This document shows, in pieces, positions 10,434 through 19,369 of a DNA stretch of 64,000 nt. The position numbers were made by a program, and so were the translations under genes. The notes below the pieces were generated by a model, which was not told where the DNA came from, made no database searches, and saw nothing but the letters and a program-made list of their open reading frames with translations. The stretch lies in assembly GCA_964639725.1 (NCBI GenBank), contig CAZXFB010000020.1, forward strand, positions 2,384-66,383, given 5' to 3'. Source of the DNA: an uncultured Rikenellaceae bacterium (GTDB lineage Bacteria; Bacteroidota; Bacteroidia; Bacteroidales; VadinHA17). Each line of letters opens with the position of its first letter. The stretch's first letter is position 1.

Positions 10434-11564
10434 CTATTTGATATTTAGCATTTGTTTTACTCTCAGACTAATAAATTCTTTTGCATGTACAGCAGTTGTC
10501 CCATTTATTATGTCGTCCTGCATATTAAGTTGCAGGTTGCCCTCTTTATTCACCATTATCTTCAGGAGGTTAATAATATTGCAACCGAACATTTTGCTGG
10601 CATCAGTGGGCATATCGGACGGGTAATCAGATTTCCCGATAATATTTACTCCATTTACAATCAGATCTTTGCCATTTTGTGTCAGTTCACAGTTTCCACC
10701 TGTTGAAGCAGCAAGGTCAATAATTACAGAACCCGGTTTCATTGATGTTACTGTTTCTTTAAGTATGAGTAACGGAGCTTTTCTCCCGGGGATCTGCGCA
10801 GTAGCAATTACAACATCCGCTGCGATAGCCCTTTGCTGTATCAGTTCCTGCTGTTTCTTTTTAAACTCTTCTGTTTGTTCAACTGCATAACCTCCAGCTT
10901 GTGCATCTTCCTTTGCTCCTTCTACTTCAACAAATTTACCTCCAAGACTTTTAACCTCCTCTTTAACCGCAGATCTTACATCGAAGACCTCAACAATAGC
11001 TCCAAGTTTTCTGGCAATAGCAATAGCCTGTAATCCAGCCACTCCGGCTCCCAATATAAGTACTCTTGCAGGTTTAATAGTACCAGCTGCAGACATGAAC
11101 ATTGGGAAAAACCGTGGTAATAATGAAGCAGCAGTAAGAACAGCCTTGTAACCTGATACAGTGGCCATTGATGAAAGAATATCCATTGCCTGTGCCCTGG
11201 TTGTACGAGGAACAAGGTCAAGGGCCAGAACTGTTAATCCTCTCAAACGGGCTTTCTCAAGCCAACCGCTGTTCTCAACCGGATTAAGTACTGAACATAA
11301 TACTTGTCCTTCTTTGAATGAGTTAATATCGTCTTCCAGAGGCGGATTAACAGACAGAAGCATTTCTGCTGAGGATATAATTTCTTGTCTTTCAAGGATT
11401 CTGGCCCCTGCTGTCTGAAAATCCTTATCGGCAGCAAAAGCCTTTTCTCCGGCATGAAGCTCAACCAAAACCTCAATGCCCATCTTTTTTAATACGGCAG
11501 CTTCACCAGGAAGTATTGCTACCCTGTTTTCAGATCCCGTTTCTTTAAGGATGCCTAATATCAT
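10434..11564 (-). CDS. pntA: NAD(P) transhydrogenase alpha subunit, soluble dI part (alanine dehydrogenase-like)
   Basis: KETGSENRVA and the LGAGVAGLQAIAIARKLGA Rossmann motif. The start is taken at the internal Met MILGILKE (11564). Confidence 0.85.
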   Translation of the reverse strand: MILGILKETGSENRVAILPGEAAVLKKMGIEVLVELHAGEKAFAADKDFQTAGARILERQEIISSAEMLLSVNPPLEDDINSFKEGQVLCSVLNPVENSGWLEKARLRGLTVLALDLVPRTTRAQAMDILSSMATVSGYKAVLTAASLLPRFFPMFMSAAGTIKPARVLILGAGVAGLQAIAIARKLGAIVEVFDVRSAVKEEVKSLGGKFVEVEGAKEDAQAGGYAVEQTEEFKKKQQELIQQRAIAADVVIATAQIPGRKAPLLILKETVTSMKPGSVIIDLAASTGGNCELTQNGKDLIVNGVNIIGKSDYPSDMPTDASKMFGCNIINLLKIMVNKEGNLQLNMQDDIINGTTAVHAKEFISLRVKQMLNIK

Positions 11565-11648
11565 AAGATTTGTGTTTGGAGTAAAAATTTTGGCGAATAT
11601 ACTAAACAATAAATAATTTGCTGCTCTATGACTGGTAAATTTCGTTCA

Positions 11649-13817
11649 TTATTTACCAAAGAAATTTCTTAACCAGAAGTTATTGGCCTCCTTAAAAGAA
11701 TGAATTGCTTTGGCACCTGTATACCGGTGACGGTTACCAGGATATATCATGAAAAGGAAGGATTTGCCCTCCTCCTGCAACTTCGAAATAAAGTAAATGG
11801 AATTTTGCATATGCACATTATCATCCATATCCCCGTGAGTTAAGAAGAGTTTACCTTTAAGATATTTAGCATATGTAAGAGCTGAACCATTTCTGTATCC
11901 CTTGTAATTCTCTTCCGGAGTGTCCATATAACGTTCGGTGTAAATGTTATCATACAAACGGTAATCAGTTACCGGGGAACTGGCAAAACCATGAGTCCAG
12001 TAGTCAGCACCCATTGTCAGTGCAAGACATGTCAGGTAACCCCCATAAGAACTCCCGGTAATCCCTATTCTGGTACCATCAACATATGGCTTTTTAAGCA
12101 GCCATTTAACAGCATCTTCATAATCGAGGATCTCCCATCTGCCAAGGCTCCGGTACAAGAAGTCAAGACCTTTCTTTCCGAAATGACCTGATCCCCTGTG
12201 ATCAACAGAAAATGTAATAATGTCATTCACAGCATACCATGAAGGATTAGTTCCCTGCCATTTATTGTTCACATTTTTGCTATCAGGCCCGCCATAAATA
12301 GTAAATACCACAGGGTATCTCCTGGTGGGATCAAAATTGAGTGGATAAGTTATAATGGCCGGCATTTCGAACAACCCGTCTGATGTCGGGATCTTAACCA
12401 GTTCCGTTTTGAAACTTAAAGAAGGATTAAGGGAAGTTTGCTCAAACTTATGAATCTCTCTTATCACTCTTGCTTTTCTGTCAATAGCAACTATTGAACC
12501 AGGGTTGGAAACAGTGCACCATGTATCAATAAAATAGTTTCCTTCAGGTGAAATACTTACTTCATGAGTACCTGGTCCATTTGTCAGCTGAATGAGATTA
12601 TTTCCATCAAGTCCGACTCTGAAAAAGTGATTGTCAGTTGATTCAGTCCCGGTGGCAGAAAAATATACCACTTTCATTTCTTCATCAACTCTCTCAATAC
12701 CGGTAACACGGAAGTCCAGATTTGTAATTTGTGCAATCATTTTGCCATCCCAGTTGTAATAATAAAGGTTTTCCCAATTGCTTCTGCTGCTTTTTATTAT
12801 GAATCCTGAGCCATCATTCATTACATAAATATCTTCAAAGAATTCGACCCAGCTCTTCCTCTTTTCATTGTATATCTCTGTAAAATCCCCTGACGACGGG
12901 TCAGCCAGTAAAATCTTCAAGTCATTCTGATCTCTGTTAAGAACCTGGACAGCAATTTTTTTACTGTCAGGAGTCCAGAAAGGCCAGGCTATGTACTGAT
13001 CAATACTATAATCTGTCTTTATCCAGGCTGTTTTAAGAGTTTCTATATCGGCAACACCCATTTTAACTCTTGGATTGGGATCTCCAGCCTTGGGATATGG
13101 AACTATTTCCAATGTGCCATGAATCCCATCCTCTTCATCAAGCCTGTTCAGTGTAAAAAGAGGCACATCAGATTCATCAGTCCTCAACCAGGCAATCTTT
13201 GTCCCGTCAGGAGACCACCAGAATGCGGCATACTGACTTTGCCTGCCAAGTATCTCTTCCATATAAACCCACGAAGAATAACCGTTATATATCCGTTCGG
13301 AAGAATCAGAAGTCAGTTGTATTTCTCTCATCTTTACCAGGTCATATATAAATAAATCCTTGTTCTTCGTGTAGGCTATCTTTTTGCAGTCAGGAGAAAA
13401 ACGGATATTAATCTCAGGAAATAGATCATTTGTAAGTCTGACTAATACTTTATTATCTTCTGAATAAAAAAAGAGGTCATCTTCTTTATTAATGATTATG
13501 CCCCTGAAATCGGGACTTATAACATCATTTACATCTGGTTTGAATCTATCCGGCAGGGATTCGATGAACGCTTCCCTGTCATTAACTGGAGACTTAACTA
13601 TAATGCCTTTTCCTGTTTTGATACTGACTTTTTTAAATACAAGTTTTTTTTCAGCATCATAAGCTCTCATTAGATAATGAGAATCATCCGTCCATCCCTC
13701 AATTGACACCTGATAAAAATTGTTCACAGATATTTGAGACAACAATACCTTGGAAGAAACCGAAAATAAAATTAACAGACAAATATGACACCAGGAGCTG
13801 TAGAATCTTTTTTTCAT
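11649..13817 (-). CDS. Dipeptidyl-peptidase IV (S9B prolyl oligopeptidase family)
   Basis: Signal peptide, a beta-propeller region (WSPDGTKIAW), the nucleophile elbow GSSYGGY, and DDNVH near the C-terminus. Confidence 0.85.
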   Translation of the reverse strand: MKKRFYSSWCHICLLILFSVSSKVLLSQISVNNFYQVSIEGWTDDSHYLMRAYDAEKKLVFKKVSIKTGKGIIVKSPVNDREAFIESLPDRFKPDVNDVISPDFRGIIINKEDDLFFYSEDNKVLVRLTNDLFPEINIRFSPDCKKIAYTKNKDLFIYDLVKMREIQLTSDSSERIYNGYSSWVYMEEILGRQSQYAAFWWSPDGTKIAWLRTDESDVPLFTLNRLDEEDGIHGTLEIVPYPKAGDPNPRVKMGVADIETLKTAWIKTDYSIDQYIAWPFWTPDSKKIAVQVLNRDQNDLKILLADPSSGDFTEIYNEKRKSWVEFFEDIYVMNDGSGFIIKSSRSNWENLYYYNWDGKMIAQITNLDFRVTGIERVDEEMKVVYFSATGTESTDNHFFRVGLDGNNLIQLTNGPGTHEVSISPEGNYFIDTWCTVSNPGSIVAIDRKARVIREIHKFEQTSLNPSLSFKTELVKIPTSDGLFEMPAIITYPLNFDPTRRYPVVFTIYGGPDSKNVNNKWQGTNPSWYAVNDIITFSVDHRGSGHFGKKGLDFLYRSLGRWEILDYEDAVKWLLKKPYVDGTRIGITGSSYGGYLTCLALTMGADYWTHGFASSPVTDYRLYDNIYTERYMDTPEENYKGYRNGSALTYAKYLKGKLFLTHGDMDDNVHMQNSIYFISKLQEEGKSFLFMIYPGNRHRYTGAKAIHSFKEANNFWLRNFFGK

Positions 13818-13945
13818 ACTATTGATTTTGATGCTAAAGATTTGATTTCGGTCAAAAATAAGAATTTTCCGGATTGATCTGTGACAAATTGCGATTCAGA
13901 GTGAACACGATTTATCTTAAAGATTTTGTAATTTTACATTTATAA

Positions 13946-15256
13946 ATGAAGGGCAAAAGGATCTATACTCAACCTGCACATGAGGTTGAATGGCTAAAAC
14001 TTGATAATGCAGCAAAATTATTCCCGGCTATCATGTCGGATGAGTTAACTTCTGTATTCAGGATAACTGCATCCATTGACCAGCCAGTTAATTATGCAGC
14101 AATTAAAGAAGCTGTTGAAATTACCTCGAAGAGATATCCCTATTTTAACGTTTCATTGGGGAGTGGATTATTCTGGCATTATCTCGAATACAACACACTT
14201 GTTGCAAGAATTCAGACTGAAGAGAAGATACCATGTACTGCTTTTGCATCAAAAAGAAAAAATGAGCTTCTTTACCGGATTCTTGTAAAAGGTAACAGAA
14301 TATCAGTTGAATTCATTCATATACTTACAGATGGCAGTGGAGCTTTTGAATATCTCAAAACACTTCTTTACTCCTATTTCATGTTAACAGGGATCACTAT
14401 TAAACCTGCTGAAGGAATCATTTTACCCGGGACACCTGTTTTAAATGGAGAAAGGGAAGACAGCTATAACAGATTCTTTATCAAAAACCTTCCACCTCCA
14501 GTTAAGCTAACAAAAGCTTGGCATTTGCCTTTTCCTCTCAATGACAAACCCAGACTAAGAGTAATTACTTCTGAGATTCTCCTTCACCCTCTTCTTGAAG
14601 CAGTACAGAAATCCAAAGTAACAGTTACTGAGTATATTGTTGCAGTCTATCTTTTTTCGCTTCAGAATATTTATCTTGAAGAAAAACAGAGGGGAAAGAA
14701 GCAGAATAGAAAAGTTCTAAGGACTGAAGTTCCTGTAAATATGAGAAAAAAATATCCAAGTATTACAATGCGTAATTTCTCACTTTTTGTTATGCCTGAA
14801 ATTGACCTGAGACTTGGGTTTTATTCCTTTGAAGAAGTGTTAAAAATTGTGCATCATTTTTTACAGACAGGAACAGAAACAAAGCAGATAACCAGATTTC
14901 TGTCTCAAAATGTGAGTCATGAAAAGAGTTTGATTATACGACTTCTTCCTTTGTTTATCAAACGGTTGGTTATATCGACAGTGTATAAAAGGCTTGGATC
15001 AACAAGATGTTCCGGTATCATTACCAACCTTGGAGCAATAAAACTACCTCTGGAAATGGAAAATCATATTGACTCATTTGATCTTATTCCCACACCACCT
15101 AACAAACATGTAAAGGTTACATGCGGAATGGTTACATTTAAGAACAGAGTAAGGTTGACTTTCTGCAATATTTCTCAATCGCCGGCCTTGGAAAGACATT
15201 TTTTAAAACATCTTACTAATGCAGGCATACCTGTCAGAATTCTTAGTAACTTATAA
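13946..15256 (+). CDS. HxxxDG condensation/alcohol-acetyltransferase-like acyltransferase
   Basis: FIHILTDGSGAFEYL contains the HxxxDG catalytic motif of the condensation / WS-DGAT / AATase superfamily. Size is about 430 aa. Confidence 0.5.
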   Translation: MKGKRIYTQPAHEVEWLKLDNAAKLFPAIMSDELTSVFRITASIDQPVNYAAIKEAVEITSKRYPYFNVSLGSGLFWHYLEYNTLVARIQTEEKIPCTAFASKRKNELLYRILVKGNRISVEFIHILTDGSGAFEYLKTLLYSYFMLTGITIKPAEGIILPGTPVLNGEREDSYNRFFIKNLPPPVKLTKAWHLPFPLNDKPRLRVITSEILLHPLLEAVQKSKVTVTEYIVAVYLFSLQNIYLEEKQRGKKQNRKVLRTEVPVNMRKKYPSITMRNFSLFVMPEIDLRLGFYSFEEVLKIVHHFLQTGTETKQITRFLSQNVSHEKSLIIRLLPLFIKRLVISTVYKRLGSTRCSGIITNLGAIKLPLEMENHIDSFDLIPTPPNKHVKVTCGMVTFKNRVRLTFCNISQSPALERHFLKHLTNAGIPVRILSNL

Positions 15257-15266
15257 TTTGTTTGTC

Positions 15267-15971
15267 ATGAGTTTATGTTTAAATTGTGGAGTTGAACTTG
15301 GAGAAAATATTAAGCAATGCCCGCTTTGTGGCATTAATATAGGGGATTTGAAAAAAGAAGATTGGACCTCACCGAAAGAAACCTACCCATCCGACATTTT
15401 ACATATACATAAAGAAGAGATCCGAAGACACATCTGGGAACTTACAGGAGTAATAGCGTTTTCAGCAATAGCTGTTTGTACAATAGTTGATCTTGAAATT
15501 GAAAAAGGAATGAATTGGTCATTGTATGCAGATAGTGCAATCATTGGGACATGGATTTCTCTGTCACTTGTTCTATTGGCTTTCCGCAAATTCTTTATAA
15601 TAATCCCTGGATTGTTTATTACTATCTTGACAAGCTTGTTAATATTTGACCTGATATCACCTCCGTTAAATTGGTTCTTTCAAATCAGCCTTCCAATTAC
15701 AATTGGAGTCTTTATACTGATCAGTTGCATATATGTTTTGTGGAAAGTGGCTCATTTTAAAGGCTTTAACATTCTGGCTTTTGCTTTCCTGCTCTTATCC
15801 GGATTTTGTTTATTTACGGAAGTCTTCATCGATGGATTCCTCTATTCAAAAGTCAGCATACGGTGGTCTGCCATTGTTGCTGTTTCACTGCTTCCAATTG
15901 CCCTGATACTTCTCTTTGTCCATTACAGGATGAAAAAAGGAAAGAGACTTGATAGCTATTTTCACATTTAA
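15267..15971 (+). CDS. Zinc-ribbon membrane protein (about 5-6 TM), unknown function
   Basis: The N-terminal CLNCG-x13-CPLCG zinc ribbon is followed by hydrophobic helices. The start is taken at MSLCLNCG (15267), 11 nt after the upstream stop. Confidence 0.5.
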   Translation: MSLCLNCGVELGENIKQCPLCGINIGDLKKEDWTSPKETYPSDILHIHKEEIRRHIWELTGVIAFSAIAVCTIVDLEIEKGMNWSLYADSAIIGTWISLSLVLLAFRKFFIIIPGLFITILTSLLIFDLISPPLNWFFQISLPITIGVFILISCIYVLWKVAHFKGFNILAFAFLLLSGFCLFTEVFIDGFLYSKVSIRWSAIVAVSLLPIALILLFVHYRMKKGKRLDSYFHI

Positions 15972-15999
15972 GAATCCAAATGGTATATTAATACAAAAG

Positions 16000-16069
16000 A
16001 AAATAACAGTAAATGCTTATTTAGATATAATTTAAATTTCTGTTATTTTATTAACATTGTTATTTTATT
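16000..16069. promoter_or_regulatory. Three copies of TGTTATTTT upstream of the hydrogenase-linked operon (candidate operator)
   Basis: An exact 12-mer TGTTATTTTATT occurs at 16041-16052 and 16058-16069. An inverted 9-mer AAAATAACA occurs at 16000-16008. Confidence 0.3.
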
Positions 16070-16082
16070 CACACTAAATACT

Positions 16083-16090
16083 TATCTTTG
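16083..16090 (+). promoter_or_regulatory. Candidate Bacteroidota -7 promoter box TAnnTTTG
   Basis: TATCTTTG lies 69 nt upstream of the ATG at 16159 and matches the TAnnTTTG consensus described for Bacteroides promoters. Confidence 0.3.
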
Positions 16091-16158
16091 CATAAAATTA
16101 TAACTCACTATTATGTATAGTCATTGTTGTGAAATAATAAACAGAAGAAACTAAATAT

Positions 16159-16503
16159 ATGATTATAAGCGAAATAATTAAATTAATTGATGGGCATGTG
16201 AAATGTTGCGAAGAGAAGCTTATGACAAATGTAGAGTATGCCTTTGCCTCAGATCTGATGAGTGATGTGCTCACAATTGAAAAGGAAAATATGTTATTAA
16301 TAACAGGTCTTGCTAATCTTCAGGCAATCAGAACTGCAGAGATGTCGGAAATCAATTGTATAATTTTTGGAAGAGATAAAAAAATTAACAGCGATATTAT
16401 TTCTCTGGCAAAAGAAAATGGCATGGTAATAATTGAAAGTCCATTGTCTGTTTTCCGTATATCCGGGTTGCTTTATAAAGCTGGTATAAAACCAATTTTC
16501 TAG
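16159..16503 (+). CDS. Small DRTGG-like domain protein (hydrogenase-cluster associated), copy 1
   Basis: 114 aa. It shares ASDLMSDVL, LLITG and a C-terminal F-x-I-x-G-L-L pattern with the paralog at 18297. I assigned the family from memory of similar clusters. Confidence 0.5.
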   Translation: MIISEIIKLIDGHVKCCEEKLMTNVEYAFASDLMSDVLTIEKENMLLITGLANLQAIRTAEMSEINCIIFGRDKKINSDIISLAKENGMVIIESPLSVFRISGLLYKAGIKPIF

Positions 16504-16506
16504 GTC

Positions 16507-16932
16507 ATGCAATTAAAGCATAAAATAGCGGGTGGCGATTTCGCAAATGCAGGTAATGTGGCTAGTTCGGTGAAAAAAATTCTTCGTCAGCTGAATATTG
16601 ACCATACTATTTCAAAACGAATTGTCATAGCACTTTATGAGGGGGAAGTGAATGTTGTTGCTCATGCATATTCCGGTAATGTAGATATAGATATTGATGA
16701 AGATAAAATAAAAATTACAATCACTGATAAGGGTCCCGGAATATCTGATATAAACAAAGCAATGGAGGAAGGTTTTTCAACAGCATCTCCACAGGTAAGA
16801 GAAATGGGATTTGGAGCCGGAATGGGGTTATCGAATATGAAAAAAAACAGTGATCAGATGAAGCTATCCAGTGAATCAGGGAAAGGTACTGTCGTAGAAA
16901 TACTCACTTATCTTAAACCACATGCAAACTGA
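16507..16932 (+). CDS. RsbW/SpoIIAB-like Ser/Thr kinase (stand-alone HATPase_c)
   Basis: N-box EVNVVAHAY, G1 DKGPGI, G2 GFGAGMGLSNM. It has no HisKA/DHp domain. Confidence 0.65.
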   Translation: MQLKHKIAGGDFANAGNVASSVKKILRQLNIDHTISKRIVIALYEGEVNVVAHAYSGNVDIDIDEDKIKITITDKGPGISDINKAMEEGFSTASPQVREMGFGAGMGLSNMKKNSDQMKLSSESGKGTVVEILTYLKPHAN

Positions 16933-18310
16933 TAATCAAAACAGGGATTTTCATCATGCATTAACAGTTCACGATGAGTTGTGTACCGGATGTACCCATT
17001 GTATGAGTGTCTGTCCAACAAAAGCCATAAGGATCAGGGAAGGAAAAGCCAGGATTATTGCCAACCGATGTGTCGACTGCGGCGAATGTTATAAAGCTTG
17101 TCCTGTTTCTGCTATCGGAGTTGAACAGGATGACCTTGAGATGATTTTTAATTTTCCGGTAAGAGTAATTCTGATTCCAAGTATTTTAATTGGTCAGTTC
17201 CCTGCAAAAATAACTGCCTCCAGCATATATAAAGCTCTTAAAGAAATTGGATTTACACACGTCTATCAGGTTGAGAATACTGTTGATATGGTATTGGATG
17301 CTTACAGGCAATGTGGGAAGGATCAGAAAATACGCCCCCTTATTTCTTCGTTCTGTCCTGCAATTGTTCGTCTTATTCAGGTCAGATACCCCTCTCTTGT
17401 CGGCAACATAATGAGAGTAAATCCTCCGATTGATATGTCGGCACTTTATTATAAGGAAAAACTCAAAGCATCCGGATTTCCGCAAGGTGATATCGGATTA
17501 TTCTATGCAACACCATGTGCCGCAAAAATTGCAGCGATAAAAAGTCCTGTTGGCGAAACAGAATCAGTTGTTACTGGAGTAATTAATATGAATTTTCTTT
17601 ATAACAGAATTCAAAAATACTTACAGAGAAAATATATAGAAATAGATGAGCCTCACACTGACAACCTTTTAAGTTCAAGAGGTATATTATGGAGCCTGAC
17701 AGGAGGGGAAGTTATCCATTCAAAAGAGAGAGCCCTTGCAATAGATGGAATCAGAAATGTTACTGAAATTCTTGAAAGCATTGAAAATGAAAAACTTCAT
17801 GGAATAGACTTTCTTGAGCTAAGAGCCTGCGATGAGAGTTGCGCGGGTGGCATTCTTATCTCAGCGAACAGATTTCTGACAGTTGAGAGATTAAAAAATC
17901 TTGCATCTGAGTATGAAGCCAGGGAGAATTATCAAAACTTTAAAATGACTGAAGGCTTTATTAATATCAAGGAACATAGTTTTCTGGGAAACATAGGGCC
18001 TCGCCCTATTGAAAAACTTGATGAAGATATCTCCATTGCCCTGAGAAAGATGGAAAGAAAACGCAGAATGATGTGCTTTCTACCAGGTTTCGATTGTGGC
18101 GGCTGTGGGGCACCTGATTGCCAGACCCTCTCAGAAGATATTGTTCAGGGCAATGCACAGATCTCGCATTGTGTCTTTATTCAGCAGCAGATGATAAAAC
18201 AAAACCTTTTAGATCATGAGCATGCTTTTCGAATAACCGAAAATATCTGGGGACATGAAAGACTTGAAAAAAACTGTAATAAAATTGGAGCAGAAGATGA
18301 AAATAGCTGA
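16922..18310 (+). CDS. [FeFe]-hydrogenase-like putative sensory protein (2x[4Fe-4S] + H-domain paralog + C-terminal FeS domain)
   Basis: CTGCTHCMSVCP and CVDCGECYKACP. The H-cluster motif equivalents are SSFCPAIV, ATPCAAKIAA and ELRACDESCAGG. The C-terminal CFLPGFDCGGCGAPDC is an RnfB-type FeS motif. Confidence 0.75.
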   Translation: MQTDNQNRDFHHALTVHDELCTGCTHCMSVCPTKAIRIREGKARIIANRCVDCGECYKACPVSAIGVEQDDLEMIFNFPVRVILIPSILIGQFPAKITASSIYKALKEIGFTHVYQVENTVDMVLDAYRQCGKDQKIRPLISSFCPAIVRLIQVRYPSLVGNIMRVNPPIDMSALYYKEKLKASGFPQGDIGLFYATPCAAKIAAIKSPVGETESVVTGVINMNFLYNRIQKYLQRKYIEIDEPHTDNLLSSRGILWSLTGGEVIHSKERALAIDGIRNVTEILESIENEKLHGIDFLELRACDESCAGGILISANRFLTVERLKNLASEYEARENYQNFKMTEGFINIKEHSFLGNIGPRPIEKLDEDISIALRKMERKRRMMCFLPGFDCGGCGAPDCQTLSEDIVQGNAQISHCVFIQQQMIKQNLLDHEHAFRITENIWGHERLEKNCNKIGAEDENS

Positions 18311-18635
18311 TTTGGTTTCAACTCTGAACCTGAAAATCATATCAGGACAGGAAGGAATAAATAACGAAATAAAAGGAGGTTATGTATCAGATCTGCTGAG
18401 TGATGTAATAGGTTCGGCAAGTGAAGGAATGGTGTGGATAACACTTCAGACTCACCAGAATATCGTGGCAGTTGCTTCACTTAAAGATCTGGCAGGAATA
18501 ATTCTTGTCAAGGGGTTACACCCTGATACAGATACAATAAATAAAAGTAATTTTGAAAACATCCCTGTATTATCAACAGATTCTGATACTTTCACTATTA
18601 CGGGTCGTTTATTTGAATTATTAAGAAAGGAATGA
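18297..18635 (+). CDS. Small DRTGG-like domain protein, copy 2
   Basis: The start is taken at MKIADL (18297), overlapping the upstream stop by 14 nt. VSDLLSDVI, WITLQ and the FTITGRLFELL pattern parallel copy 1. Confidence 0.5.
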   Translation: MKIADLVSTLNLKIISGQEGINNEIKGGYVSDLLSDVIGSASEGMVWITLQTHQNIVAVASLKDLAGIILVKGLHPDTDTINKSNFENIPVLSTDSDTFTITGRLFELLRKE

Positions 18636-19369
18636 ATACTTACCGGGCTGACCTGCATATACATACGTTACTATCCCCATGCGGCGACCTTGATATGAGC
18701 CCGGTAAATATTATTTCTGAAGCTGTCCTGAAAAAGCTTGATATAATCGGGATTACCGATCATAATACGACCAGGCATTGCAAAATCATCAGCAAACTAG
18801 CTGAAGCGAAAGGAATATTTGTAATGCAGGGTGCTGAAGTTACAACAAAAGAAGAGGTACATTGCCTTGTGTTCTTTGAAAATACTGATACACTTGACCT
18901 GTTTCAGATATTTCTTGATATAAATCTTCCTGATATAAAGAATTATCCTTCAATATTTGGAGACCAGATACAGGTTGACGAAGATGAAAATATCATTTAT
19001 ACCGAAGAGAAACTTCTTTTAAATGCCATAAATGTTTCATTTAAGGAACTGGAATCTTATGTGCATAAAAATAATGGCCTCATTATTCCGGCCCATGTCG
19101 ACAGGATGAAAAACAGCATTTATAGTCAATTAGGATTTCTTCCGCCGGATATAAAAGCCGACGCACTGGAGATTTCAAGACGCAGTACACCTGAAATATT
19201 TTCAGCATTGCATCAGGAGATCGATTCATTTCCTCTGGTAACAAATTCCGATTCCCATCTTCTTGCTCAGATAGGGTCAGCATTTACAAGTTTTTATCTT
19301 GATCATCCCTCTTGGTCAGAGATCAGGATGGCACTTAAGAATGAAAATAAAAGAATGATAATCAGATGA
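18632..19369 (+). CDS. PHP-domain phosphoesterase
   Basis: DLHIHTLLSPCGD, ITDHNT and PAHVDR are His/Asp metal-ligand motifs of the PHP superfamily. A 4-nt ATGA overlap joins it to the upstream gene. Confidence 0.75.
   Translation: MNTYRADLHIHTLLSPCGDLDMSPVNIISEAVLKKLDIIGITDHNTTRHCKIISKLAEAKGIFVMQGAEVTTKEEVHCLVFFENTDTLDLFQIFLDINLPDIKNYPSIFGDQIQVDEDENIIYTEEKLLLNAINVSFKELESYVHKNNGLIIPAHVDRMKNSIYSQLGFLPPDIKADALEISRRSTPEIFSALHQEIDSFPLVTNSDSHLLAQIGSAFTSFYLDHPSWSEIRMALKNENKRMIIR

Noticed and set aside
10429-11476. A cluster of 65-89 aa ORFs on both strands overlapping pntA.
   Set aside because: All lie inside the well-supported transhydrogenase alpha gene. No motifs are present, and they look like frame-shadow artefacts. 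The same applies to 1601-1954, 49707-50123, 55852-56229, 56252-56659 and 60769-61557.
15219-15266. The ORF-track start at 15219 makes the zinc-ribbon gene overlap the acyltransferase gene by 38 nt.
   Set aside because: The extension (MQAYLSEFLVTYNLFV) is simply the read-through frame of the upstream gene end. The ATG at 15267 directly precedes the zinc ribbon, so it is preferred.
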